A stretch of DNA of 64,000 bases from an uncultured Eubacteriales bacterium (lineage in GTDB: Bacteria > Bacillota > Clostridia > Christensenellales > CAG-314). The stretch is from the NCBI GenBank assembly GCA_900544545.1, contig UQVY01000003.1, positions 81,655 through 145,654 of the forward strand, read 5' to 3'. The notes under the pieces were generated by a model. The model was given only the letters and a program-made list of their open reading frames with translations, searched no databases and had not been told where the DNA came from. Positions 51,510-60,063 of this stretch are shown here, in pieces. The translations under genes were made by a program, and so were the position numbers. The number at the start of each line of letters is the position of its first letter. Within the stretch, counting starts at the first letter, position 1.

Positions 51510-54500
51510 CTATTTTTCGATTGCAAACATAAATCTGAAGATATAGTTTCTGAGATAAGTAGCATTTTCGGGGAATATCGCCTTTATAGAAGGCTTGGTT
51601 TCGATATCGAATTCGCCGAAGTTCGCATAAAACATAGTCTTTTCCGCGTTGTATTCGCATTCGAACCTCGGAGCCGTTTCCGAACGGAAAGTAACGGTTT
51701 CCAGCCCGCAGCCGAAGAACGCTTCCGCGCCTATCGATTTAAGCGTGGAGGGAAGTTCGAGATTGGTTATTTTTGCATTTTTGAAGGCGTACGGAGCGAT
51801 TCTCGTAATCCCTTCGGGAATAACGAGCGTTTCGATTTCGTCGCCGATATAGTCGTATATTACGTTGCCCCTTGTATTCATAACGAAATCGCCTTCAACT
51901 TTGAAAAATTCGTTTTTATTTACCGCAATGTCTGTTATTGCAGTATTCCTGAATACGTAAGAGTAATCAAAAATATTCGTTCCCGACGCTATCGTAAGCT
52001 TTTCGACATTCATTTCCGCAAAAGCGTGAGTTCCTATAAACCGTATACGGTCGGTAAGGTTGATTTCCTTAAGTCCCGAACGGAAAAACGCGTATCTGCC
52101 GATTTCGCATACGTCGGAAAAATCGATTTTTTCGAGGCTTCCGGCCATTTCGAAGGCATATTCGATTATTTCGGTTACCGACAAGGGAACTATGAATTCT
52201 CGTCTGTCGCCGGCGGAATTGTACTTATAAAGAATGGTCTCGTCCTTATTGTAAAGAACGTTTTCCTTAGCCGAAAGTATCGGGTTTCCTTCGGCTACGG
52301 CTATTTCCTTAAATGTTTTAACGCCGTAAAGGACCGTAAGCGGATTGAATATTGCCGCAGACTCGGGAATCTTTATCGATTCGAGAGACGTATTCATAAA
52401 GGCGTAATTCTTAACCGCCGTAAGAGATTCGGGAAGATTTACGTTTTTAAGATTGCCGCACTCCGCGAAAGCATAGGTATCGATTATTTCAAGATTATCT
52501 CCTATCACGACTTTCGTCAGATTTTTACAACCGTAAAAAGCATAATTTCCGATATAAGTCACCGCGTCGGGTATGATAATTTCTTCGAAGCCGCACTTGT
52601 AGAATGCGTAATCGCCGATTTCCTCTATATTGCCTTTGAATTCAATCGATTTCAGTCCGGTGAAGCCCTTGAACGCATACATCGGTATATTCTTTATCGA
52701 TTCGGGAATGACCACGCCCTTAAGCAGAGGCTTTACTTCGTTTTCAAGAGGAGGATGCCAGCTGCTGAGCGAGGAAGTAATAACGTTTTCTTCTATGGAG
52801 TACGTGAAAGTCTGACCTTCAAGACTGTCTTGCGAAGAACCGAACTGACCGTTTTCGAGAGTAGTTACCGTATCGGGGATTTCGAGAATTCCGTCGTAAT
52901 CCCATCCGGAAGGAACGAACATCTTCGTTTTTTCGTTGTCGTAGACGATTTTGGTTTCTTCGTCGAAAATAAGATATTCGTTATCTTCGGATACGGTGAA
53001 GTTTTTGAGATTCGGACAGCCTCCGAAGGGGAAGTGGTTGATTTTACCGATATTTTTATGGAAGACCACTTCCGAAAGATTTGGACAATTGGAGAAATTC
53101 GTGCCTATTATTTCGCCTACGTTTCCGTAGAAATGCACGGATTTCATTCCACAGTCGGAAAAGCTGAATTCCGGCCAGTAGTTGGAACCGATAACTTTGA
53201 CGTCGCCGTAGAAATTGACGTATTCAAGATTGTGAGCGGAAGTGAACTGACTGCCGTCAATAGCTCCGTCGATATTTCCGTAGAAATCTATTGTTTTCAA
53301 TTCGGGAGTATAGTCCATAACAAAATAGAATCGGTTGATATTTGCCCGACAAGTGAAATGTTCGATATTGAGATTTTTGCCAAAACTTTCCGAGCCCATC
53401 GCTACTACGGCGCCGTTTTCGTTTGCGGGCAACTCCACGTTCCTGAGATCGCACCAGCTGAAGCACGACAGATTCCATTCGGTAATTTTTGTCATTTCGA
53501 CGAAATTTACTTCCGTGAGCGACAAGCAGCCGTGTGCAAAGTAGTTTGCAAGTTTGGTAAGATTGGGTGAAATCCTGAGCTTCTCGAGTCCTTCGCACCT
53601 TATAACCGGCTGAGAACCGACCGACGTAAATCCGTCAGGCATATAGAATTCTTTGATTTTGGGCGAGAAAGCTATGGCTTGCGTCGGGAACACACCTTTC
53701 GATGTAGACGGGAAGGTAACCCTTTCAAGGTCGGGACATTCGCAGAAAATACTGCTTCCGAAAGTTTCGCCGCCTTCGGGAATATCGCATTCGATGAGTC
53801 CGCTGGCGCGGAAACAGTTTGCTCCGTAGACTCTGAGCGTAGACGGAAGACTTACGGATTTAAGCGCCGAACACTGATAGAAGCAGGTATTTCCGAGAGT
53901 TTCGACGCCTTGCGGAATCGTTACGCCCGTAATATCTTTTCTTGCCCTGAATACGTCTACGGTACCGAGTATAGACGTGATACCGATATCTTCGGGAATA
54001 ACCACGTATCCGCCCGGTCCTTCGTATCTGACGAGTTCGCCGTTGTCGTTGACCGTAAATTTATGTTCGCCGCTTTCGTAGACGCTGTTTACCTGCGATG
54101 AGGGAACCGCCTTATAGGTGAGAGCCTCTATTTCCGAAAGAACGTATGTCCTTATGACGTCTTCGGGTGCTCCTTTGTCGAATCGGATACCTCTTTCCGA
54201 TTCAAGTCGATTTCTGATTGCGTCGAAATCGTATTTGTCGGGAATGCCGTTCATTTCGTCGGATGCGTTTTCGGTACGGATATATCCGGAGAAATCGCCT
54301 ATATGATAAATGCTCTGATTCTGTGCGCAATCACTGAAAGCTACGTAAAACTGTCCGTCTTTCATTCCCGGGATGTAATCCGTAACGTCGAGCGTTATAG
54401 TGTTAATCTGTCCTTGTACGTAATTATTTACCGGAAGCGCAAAATTAGTAAGCAGGGAAAGATCCTCCGAATCTTCGCCCGGCGTACAGAGAAGAAGATT

Positions 54501-57500
54501 GTCGAGAATATGGTTGTCGTAAACATCCATATCCACAAGTATTCTGTCGTTTTCCTCCCGAACTTCCGCCTTTTCGAGTACAGGCTTTTCGAAATCGAGA
54601 TATATCGGGAATTCAAGCCTTCTGTGGCTGTTTTTGCCCTCTGTGTCAAGATATGCGTCCACCGAAAGAATAAGCCTTTGGTTACTCGAGAAGTCGTATG
54701 TTTCGAGCAGGTCTCCTATGTTCAAATCGTGACCGGCAACTACAATTTGTTGAGAACTTGCGTTATAGTACATCTTACGTACGTTGTAATCGTGGTAAGT
54801 GAAGTAGGTGTATCCGGTCTCCTCATCTGTAAGATTGTATTCCATATAGGATATGTTTCTGAAATCGGCGAGATAAATTGCGTAAATGCTGCCTACACCG
54901 TCTTCGTCGCAGGTAAGAGCTATTCTGTCGTAACTTGCCTCGGGAACTTCCTCGTCGGGATTTTCCGGAGTAAAGAAGGAATACGTTCCCATCGGATAAT
55001 ACTGATCATATCTTCCGAATATACCGTAAACGGTACTGCCGTAAACTGCGGGTTCTTTATTGTCGTAAGCCGTAACGTCGAATATAGGTGCGTCGGTCCA
55101 GTCTCCGTAGAATCCGAGGAAAGGTATGGACAAATCGATATCCGTACCGTTTTCCGCCCGAAGGAACGCAAAACCTTCGACGTACATTCCGTTTTCAAAA
55201 CCATTATCGAGATATTGTTTTTCGTCGTCGCTGAGCGTTATTACGATGGTAACCGAGGCGGTCTCGCCCGCTTCCAGAATAATAACTCCGTTACTTATCG
55301 CATCGGACGACACTTTGACCGTTCCTTTATCGAGAGGATACGAACGCAGAGCGAGAGTCCCGTTGTCGTTAAGAGTTTCGGTAAACGACGAAACTTCCGG
55401 GCGATAGGAAAGAGTATTGTCTCCGAAATTGGTAACGTTGAATCTCAGAGTATATACGCCGTCGCGATTTTTGTCATCGCCCAGCTCGAGCTTCGTTCTC
55501 GACGATCCCGTTACCCATAAGTAAGCGTCGGTTTCGATTGCCCGCTTTACATCGGCTATGCCTGCACCCTGAGCTCTCGGACTTGCAAGATTTCCTCCGG
55601 CGTCAAGAGTCTGAACAGCCGTACTCTGTACGAGTCTGTAACAAAGATTTCTTACTTCAAGCTCGGTTGCGGCCGGGAACCTTTCTTTGACGTATTGCTT
55701 CACGGTCGTGATAAGTCCGGTAAGATTCGGAGATGCCATACTCGTGCCGCTGAGATAAGCGTAGCTTCCTCCCGAATAACCTTTAGGCATAGCGGAATAG
55801 ATACTGCCGCCGGGAGCGGTTATATCGGGTTTAAGTTTAAGGTCGGAAAGAGGCCCCCAGGAAGAGAAAGAAGAAATTATATTTACCGAAAGATCTTTTT
55901 CGAAAACTACTTTCGTCGTGTTTTCGAGTCTTTTCCCGTCGATTTGCTGTACCGTTATCGTCGGAATAACGAGGTCGGTTATCTGTGCGTTGATTATGCC
56001 GGCTTCGTTATTGCGGATAATGCACAGTACCGCACCTTTTTCGGACGCAATCGCCTGTTTCTCCTCGAAAGATATCTCTCCTCTCGTCACAAGAACCGCC
56101 TTGCCCGTTACGTCAAGACCTTCGTAATCATCGACCTGCCCAAATCCGGGGACGACGACAAGTTCCAATTCCCGACGCTCTTTTTCACCGAGAATCATAC
56201 CCATCACGTCGAACCCTTCGGATTCTGCGGGTGCAACAGCCGGACGATAAGTAACCGCCGAACCGTCGGCATAAAAAATACCCGTCGGAACTCTGTCGAC
56301 GCTTGCTATCGCATACGCCGCGTCATACGAGCCGGGAGAGCTGATAAGACCGGAATCGGGATTGCCCGAATAAATAAAACCGTCCGCATACGTCAAAGAC
56401 GTGTTTGTTTCGTTGCCGGCCGCGCAGCATACGAGTATACCGAGTTTTTCGAGTTTGGAGTACATTTCGTTCACGAAAAACAGGTCGGCGTTTCTTTCGC
56501 AAGTGAAGCCTGCGGTCGATCCGAGACTCATATTAAGAGCGTCTACGCCGAGATACGCGCAATCTCCGAGAGCCGCGATGATATCAACGGTTTCTGCTCC
56601 GCCGGAATAATCTCCGAACACTTTCATAAATGCAAGCTGGGCGTTCGGCGCGGAACCGCGGATATTTTCGTCGTTGCCTACGGCTATACCCGAAACGTGA
56701 GTTCCGTGAAATGTGGAAAAGTAGTTTATGCTTGTACTGTCGGTAAGTACGTCGGCGTCGCGGTCGGCATAATCGAACTGAAACGGAATCTTTGCCGATT
56801 TATAAATATTATCCGCGGTGAAACTTTCTCCGAGAGAGGAAACGCCCCAGATTCCGTTTATCGTTTTTTCCACGTCGGAATAGGTAAGATTCTGTTTTTC
56901 GGGCATTACCTGAAACGCCGAATGATTATAGTCAAGTCCGTTGTCCAGAACTGCAATGAGCATTCCGTCGCCTTTATAGTCCGGATGAGAAGCGAATATT
57001 CCCGAATCGTTCATCATTTCGGCTATATCCTCGAAAGAAGCGTCGCTCTGAGCGTATTTTTCGGAAATTATGACTCTTTCTACGTCGGGCAGGGCTTCGA
57101 TTTCCCGTATGTCCCCGTAACGTATTTCTGCCGCAAATCCCGATAAAAGCGAAGTATACGAGTGCGAAAATTCGATATCGGAATCGAGAATTTTCATAAG
57201 AGCCATAATTTCTTTCTGCCGTTCGACAAGTCGGGAAGCGGCTTCCGCGGCTTCGTCCGTAAGTGCGTAATCACTGAATTTACCGGTTATTTTTCCGTCA
57301 AGGTAAATGTCGGAAACGGATTTACCTTTCGTTTGAACGATTACCCAGATTCTGTCGTCCGATTTCAGCGACATCGCGTCTGAATTCAATTCGCCGACGC
57401 TTTCGATAACCGCAGGATTAGTATATGCGTTTACCCGACTCGGCGTAAGACGGATTACTTCGCTGCGTTCGGGAGTCGGTGTGACGACTCCGAAACATCC

Positions 57501-57560
57501 TGCAAGAATTATCGTTGTAGCAAGAATAAGTATCACGAGAAATGATTTTGTTTTTGTCAT
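51510..57560 (-). CDS. giant surface lipoprotein: I9 propeptide + S8 subtilisin-like peptidase (PA-domain insert, Fn3-like region) fused to ~800 aa of BspA-type leucine-rich repeats
   Basis: Lipobox ILAGC after a signal peptide. Catalytic triad motifs AVLDNGLD, HGTHVSGIA and SGTSMASPNLTG. From about nt 53940 down to the stop there are many ~23-25-aa repeats of the type IP.GVT.IG..AF..C..L..V.. . AAGGAG RBS before the ATG at 57560. Confidence 0.85.
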   Translation of the reverse strand: MTKTKSFLVILILATTIILAGCFGVVTPTPERSEVIRLTPSRVNAYTNPAVIESVGELNSDAMSLKSDDRIWVIVQTKGKSVSDIYLDGKITGKFSDYALTDEAAEAASRLVERQKEIMALMKILDSDIEFSHSYTSLLSGFAAEIRYGDIREIEALPDVERVIISEKYAQSDASFEDIAEMMNDSGIFASHPDYKGDGMLIAVLDNGLDYNHSAFQVMPEKQNLTYSDVEKTINGIWGVSSLGESFTADNIYKSAKIPFQFDYADRDADVLTDSTSINYFSTFHGTHVSGIAVGNDENIRGSAPNAQLAFMKVFGDYSGGAETVDIIAALGDCAYLGVDALNMSLGSTAGFTCERNADLFFVNEMYSKLEKLGILVCCAAGNETNTSLTYADGFIYSGNPDSGLISSPGSYDAAYAIASVDRVPTGIFYADGSAVTYRPAVAPAESEGFDVMGMILGEKERRELELVVVPGFGQVDDYEGLDVTGKAVLVTRGEISFEEKQAIASEKGAVLCIIRNNEAGIINAQITDLVIPTITVQQIDGKRLENTTKVVFEKDLSVNIISSFSSWGPLSDLKLKPDITAPGGSIYSAMPKGYSGGSYAYLSGTSMASPNLTGLITTVKQYVKERFPAATELEVRNLCYRLVQSTAVQTLDAGGNLASPRAQGAGIADVKRAIETDAYLWVTGSSRTKLELGDDKNRDGVYTLRFNVTNFGDNTLSYRPEVSSFTETLNDNGTLALRSYPLDKGTVKVSSDAISNGVIILEAGETASVTIVITLSDDEKQYLDNGFENGMYVEGFAFLRAENGTDIDLSIPFLGFYGDWTDAPIFDVTAYDNKEPAVYGSTVYGIFGRYDQYYPMGTYSFFTPENPDEEVPEASYDRIALTCDEDGVGSIYAIYLADFRNISYMEYNLTDEETGYTYFTYHDYNVRKMYYNASSQQIVVAGHDLNIGDLLETYDFSSNQRLILSVDAYLDTEGKNSHRRLEFPIYLDFEKPVLEKAEVREENDRILVDMDVYDNHILDNLLLCTPGEDSEDLSLLTNFALPVNNYVQGQINTITLDVTDYIPGMKDGQFYVAFSDCAQNQSIYHIGDFSGYIRTENASDEMNGIPDKYDFDAIRNRLESERGIRFDKGAPEDVIRTYVLSEIEALTYKAVPSSQVNSVYESGEHKFTVNDNGELVRYEGPGGYVVIPEDIGITSILGTVDVFRARKDITGVTIPQGVETLGNTCFYQCSALKSVSLPSTLRVYGANCFRASGLIECDIPEGGETFGSSIFCECPDLERVTFPSTSKGVFPTQAIAFSPKIKEFYMPDGFTSVGSQPVIRCEGLEKLRISPNLTKLANYFAHGCLSLTEVNFVEMTKITEWNLSCFSWCDLRNVELPANENGAVVAMGSESFGKNLNIEHFTCRANINRFYFVMDYTPELKTIDFYGNIDGAIDGSQFTSAHNLEYVNFYGDVKVIGSNYWPEFSFSDCGMKSVHFYGNVGEIIGTNFSNCPNLSEVVFHKNIGKINHFPFGGCPNLKNFTVSEDNEYLIFDEETKIVYDNEKTKMFVPSGWDYDGILEIPDTVTTLENGQFGSSQDSLEGQTFTYSIEENVITSSLSSWHPPLENEVKPLLKGVVIPESIKNIPMYAFKGFTGLKSIEFKGNIEEIGDYAFYKCGFEEIIIPDAVTYIGNYAFYGCKNLTKVVIGDNLEIIDTYAFAECGNLKNVNLPESLTAVKNYAFMNTSLESIKIPESAAIFNPLTVLYGVKTFKEIAVAEGNPILSAKENVLYNKDETILYKYNSAGDRREFIVPLSVTEIIEYAFEMAGSLEKIDFSDVCEIGRYAFFRSGLKEINLTDRIRFIGTHAFAEMNVEKLTIASGTNIFDYSYVFRNTAITDIAVNKNEFFKVEGDFVMNTRGNVIYDYIGDEIETLVIPEGITRIAPYAFKNAKITNLELPSTLKSIGAEAFFGCGLETVTFRSETAPRFECEYNAEKTMFYANFGEFDIETKPSIKAIFPENATYLRNYIFRFMFAIEK

Positions 57561-57639
57561 TGTGCATTCTCCTTCTGTTACTGCTAAATCGTAAAAAACC
57601 GCTGCTCCTGAACCGTGCATTGCGGCTTATAAGTCGTTC

Positions 57640-58230
57640 TCAGTTTTCATCAAGATCTTTGGTCAGGTCAGGGTTGGCGTCAAATTCCGAAAGAATCTCC
57701 CCGAGCGCCGCATAACGCTTGATTATTTCCAGCTGCTGTTCGTCTGAAAAGAAAGAATCGAATAATTTTTTTGCCTCTTTATGCGTTTCTGTCTGAAAAC
57801 GACCGTGAAATTCCTTTCCTTTTTCGGTTAAAGTCACATACGTAAACCGACGGCATTTATGATCGGTATATCTTGCGGCATAACCGGCCCGTTCTATATC
57901 TTCAAGGAATTTCGACATATTTTTATACGAACACGTAGCAAATCCCGCAAGTTCGCCGATTGTACAGTCGCCTCGAGCCGCGAGATTTCCTATTATGTTC
58001 CTTTGAGTTGAATTAAGCTGCATAAAATCGTTGTTTTTTGCCTTGAGAGTTTCGTGAATAGGCCTGATAATGCGTCCGAGGTGATAGTACAGGACCAAAT
58101 CCATTATAAGATCCATATCCCTGTGGTATTCCTGTTTATCAAAAGTACCTGTTTCCCTGAATTGCTCCTCGAAAACCTCAATATTTTCGAGAGCTTCTTT
58201 TACTACGTCTTTTTTGTTTTCGTTTTTCAT
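57640..58230 (-). CDS. MarR-like winged-helix regulator with N-terminal extension
   Basis: CTIGELAGFATCSYKNMSKFLEDIERAGYAARYTDHKCRRFTYVTLTEKG resembles the MarR wHTH plus wing. It ends 79 nt upstream of the peptidase start, and I saw no terminator between them. Confidence 0.6.
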   Translation of the reverse strand: MKNENKKDVVKEALENIEVFEEQFRETGTFDKQEYHRDMDLIMDLVLYYHLGRIIRPIHETLKAKNNDFMQLNSTQRNIIGNLAARGDCTIGELAGFATCSYKNMSKFLEDIERAGYAARYTDHKCRRFTYVTLTEKGKEFHGRFQTETHKEAKKLFDSFFSDEQQLEIIKRYAALGEILSEFDANPDLTKDLDEN

Positions 58231-58361
58231 TGCGGATCCTCAGTTATAAGTCGTTGTGGGTTGTTTCATACCGGTAGCTACTCCGGTCGCGCGAGACTGT
58301 CGTAAAATATTCCTGTCCTACAAAAAGGTCAGTCCTACAAATACGCCTGTTATCTTGAATT

Positions 58362-58391
58362 ACTATAGCATAACATCAAATCAATTGTCAA
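58362..58391 (-). promoter_or_regulatory. sigma-70-like promoter for the MarR-like gene and S8-LRR peptidase gene
   Basis: On the minus strand: TTGACA - 18 nt - TATAGT. Direct repeats TTTGTAGGAC lie downstream in the leader. Confidence 0.5.
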
Positions 58392-58431
58392 GAATTTTAA
58401 ATAAAAAAGAATGTACAATACGCTTTATTTA

Positions 58432-58460
58432 TTGAAATGCCTTGTTTAGTTTAGTATAAT
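58432..58460 (+). promoter_or_regulatory. orphan sigma-70-like promoter with no ORF behind it
   Basis: TTGAAA - 17 nt - TATAAT, about 400 nt upstream of the dehydrogenase start and about 290 nt upstream of that gene's own promoter. Confidence 0.45.
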
Positions 58461-58672
58461 AAATTAAAAAAGCACCGACCGAAGGCCGATTACGTATCAA
58501 AGCTCTGTTTTCCGCAAAAATCCTTTCACAAACATCGATTTATCGAAACGATTGTACCGTTTTTCCCGCAAAAAATCTTCCGTTTATCCGCCATCGGACA
58601 TATTCCGTTGATTCATTTTTGCGAATCGGACGAATTCAGCGGGTTTATTTTCGGGGATAGGACGAAAACCGC

Positions 58673-58681
58673 GGGGGGGGG
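58673..58681. repeat. G9 homopolymer tract
   Basis: CCGC GGGGGGGGG CTTTTTTGCGG. It lies in a non-coding region downstream of the orphan promoter. Confidence 0.9.
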
Positions 58682-58749
58682 CTTTTTTGCGGAATTGCGT
58701 CGGCGCGCTTACTTTTCGATACGAGTATATCGCTTTAATCGGGAAATGC

Positions 58750-58778
58750 TTGACAATATCCGAACGGCTGCGTATAAT
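58750..58778 (+). promoter_or_regulatory. sigma-70-like promoter for the zinc dehydrogenase gene
   Basis: TTGACA - 17 nt - TATAAT. Confidence 0.6.
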
Positions 58779-58867
58779 ATACTCGGAAGTTTTTCCCGGC
58801 GCAATCGCCTATGCCGAATCGGTCGGCTTTTGCCGCAGGAAAAGAAGAATTATCAGGAGATGACGGT

Positions 58868-59875
58868 ATGCAGGCTTGGCGGATAACCGGTCCCGAACGG
58901 ATTGAAAGATACGAGGCTAAAAGCGGAGAGGTTTCTTCTCCGTCGCTCGTGAGAGTGAAAATCGAACAGTTTGCGGTTTCGAGCAGGGATATAAAGACTT
59001 ATGAAAGCGGAAACGGCGCGCCGATCATTCCGGGCAGGCACGGAGCGGGAGTAGTCAGCGAAGCCCACGCGGACGACGGTTTTTTCGAGAAGAGCGACAG
59101 AGTGGTTATCGACCCGTATATTTCGTGCGGAGAATGTATCGACTGCAAAACCGGTCACCCCGAGAAGTGCAGGAAAAAACATATTCTCGGCGTGGACGTA
59201 GACGGTCTTCAGACGGATTTCATAACCCTTCCGTCCGAATGCGTCCATAAGATTCCGCAGAACGTTCCTTTCGAGTCCGCCGTTTTCACCGAATACGTGG
59301 CTATGGCTATCAACGCGATTGATAAAATCGACGTGCAGAAGGGCGATCACATCGCGGTGCTTGCGGCAAACAAAATCGGTAATATTATGGCTCAGCTTAT
59401 CGCTTATTATCAGGCGATTCCCATCGTTATCGACGAAAGCGACGAAATGCTCGCTCTCGCGGCCGAAGCGGGAATCCCCTATACGCTCAACTGCGGAAAA
59501 ACGGACGTCAAGGAAGAGATAATCTCTATGACGGGCGGAAGACTTTGCGAAAAGGTCATTTATCTTACCAATAAGCCCGGACAAATCGACGTCGGACTTT
59601 CGGTTTGCTCGCCGAACGGAATAATCTGCGCGGTCGGCTGCGAACAGGCGTCGGTAACCGCGGACTTTTCGCTCATCTGCCGCAAGCAGCTCTCGGTCTG
59701 CACGATAGACAGCGGCTCGGGCGCGTTTCCTTCGGCTATAAATCTCCTTGCGACCAAAGCCGTCAAAACCCACGGACTCATCGAAAGAACGGTGGGATTC
59801 GAGGCGGTTCCTTCGGTTTACGAGAACCGCGGGGAGATCAATTTCGACGCGAAGAGCGTACTCGTGAAGGAATGA
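58868..59875 (+). CDS. zinc-dependent medium-chain dehydrogenase/reductase (sorbitol/threonine dehydrogenase-like)
   Basis: Structural-zinc motif CGECIDCKTGHPEKC and the GRHGAGVV catalytic-zinc region. AGGAGA RBS before the ATG at 58868. Confidence 0.8.
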   Translation: MQAWRITGPERIERYEAKSGEVSSPSLVRVKIEQFAVSSRDIKTYESGNGAPIIPGRHGAGVVSEAHADDGFFEKSDRVVIDPYISCGECIDCKTGHPEKCRKKHILGVDVDGLQTDFITLPSECVHKIPQNVPFESAVFTEYVAMAINAIDKIDVQKGDHIAVLAANKIGNIMAQLIAYYQAIPIVIDESDEMLALAAEAGIPYTLNCGKTDVKEEIISMTGGRLCEKVIYLTNKPGQIDVGLSVCSPNGIICAVGCEQASVTADFSLICRKQLSVCTIDSGSGAFPSAINLLATKAVKTHGLIERTVGFEAVPSVYENRGEINFDAKSVLVKE

Positions 59876-59885
59876 TTTTTTAAAA

Positions 59886-59919
59886 TGCAAAAGACTTCTC
59901 TTTCGGGAAGTCTTTTTTT
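59886..59919. terminator. bidirectional terminator between the dehydrogenase gene (+) and murC (-)
   Basis: AAGACTTC tctttcgg GAAGTCTT flanked by an A-run and T7. Confidence 0.8.
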
Positions 59920-59947
59920 GCGTTTATCGGAGCTTTTTCGATTTTTT

Positions 59948-60000
59948 CGGAATTCTTCGGTCTTTTCGGAATTCTTCGGTCTTTTCGGAATTCTTTTTTT
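59948..60000. repeat. 2.7 x 19-bp tandem repeat downstream of murC
   Basis: CGGAATTCTTCGGTCTTTT twice, perfectly, then CGGAATTCTTTTTTTG. Confidence 0.9.
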
Positions 60001-60063
60001 GATTTTCGTAGGCTTTTTTCTGTATTTTTCGGAGATTTATCGGGTTTTCGGAAGGTTTTTGCA

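Noticed and set aside
51486-53570. 694-aa plus-strand ORF
   Set aside because: It is antisense to the LRR part of the giant peptidase gene. The translation is F/R/V/I-rich low complexity with no motifs or RBS, so it is a shadow ORF of a repetitive gene.
58608-58886. 92-aa ORF spanning the G9 tract and the dehydrogenase promoter
   Set aside because: It uses a non-ATG start, has no RBS, crosses a consensus promoter and overlaps the real dehydrogenase start out of frame.
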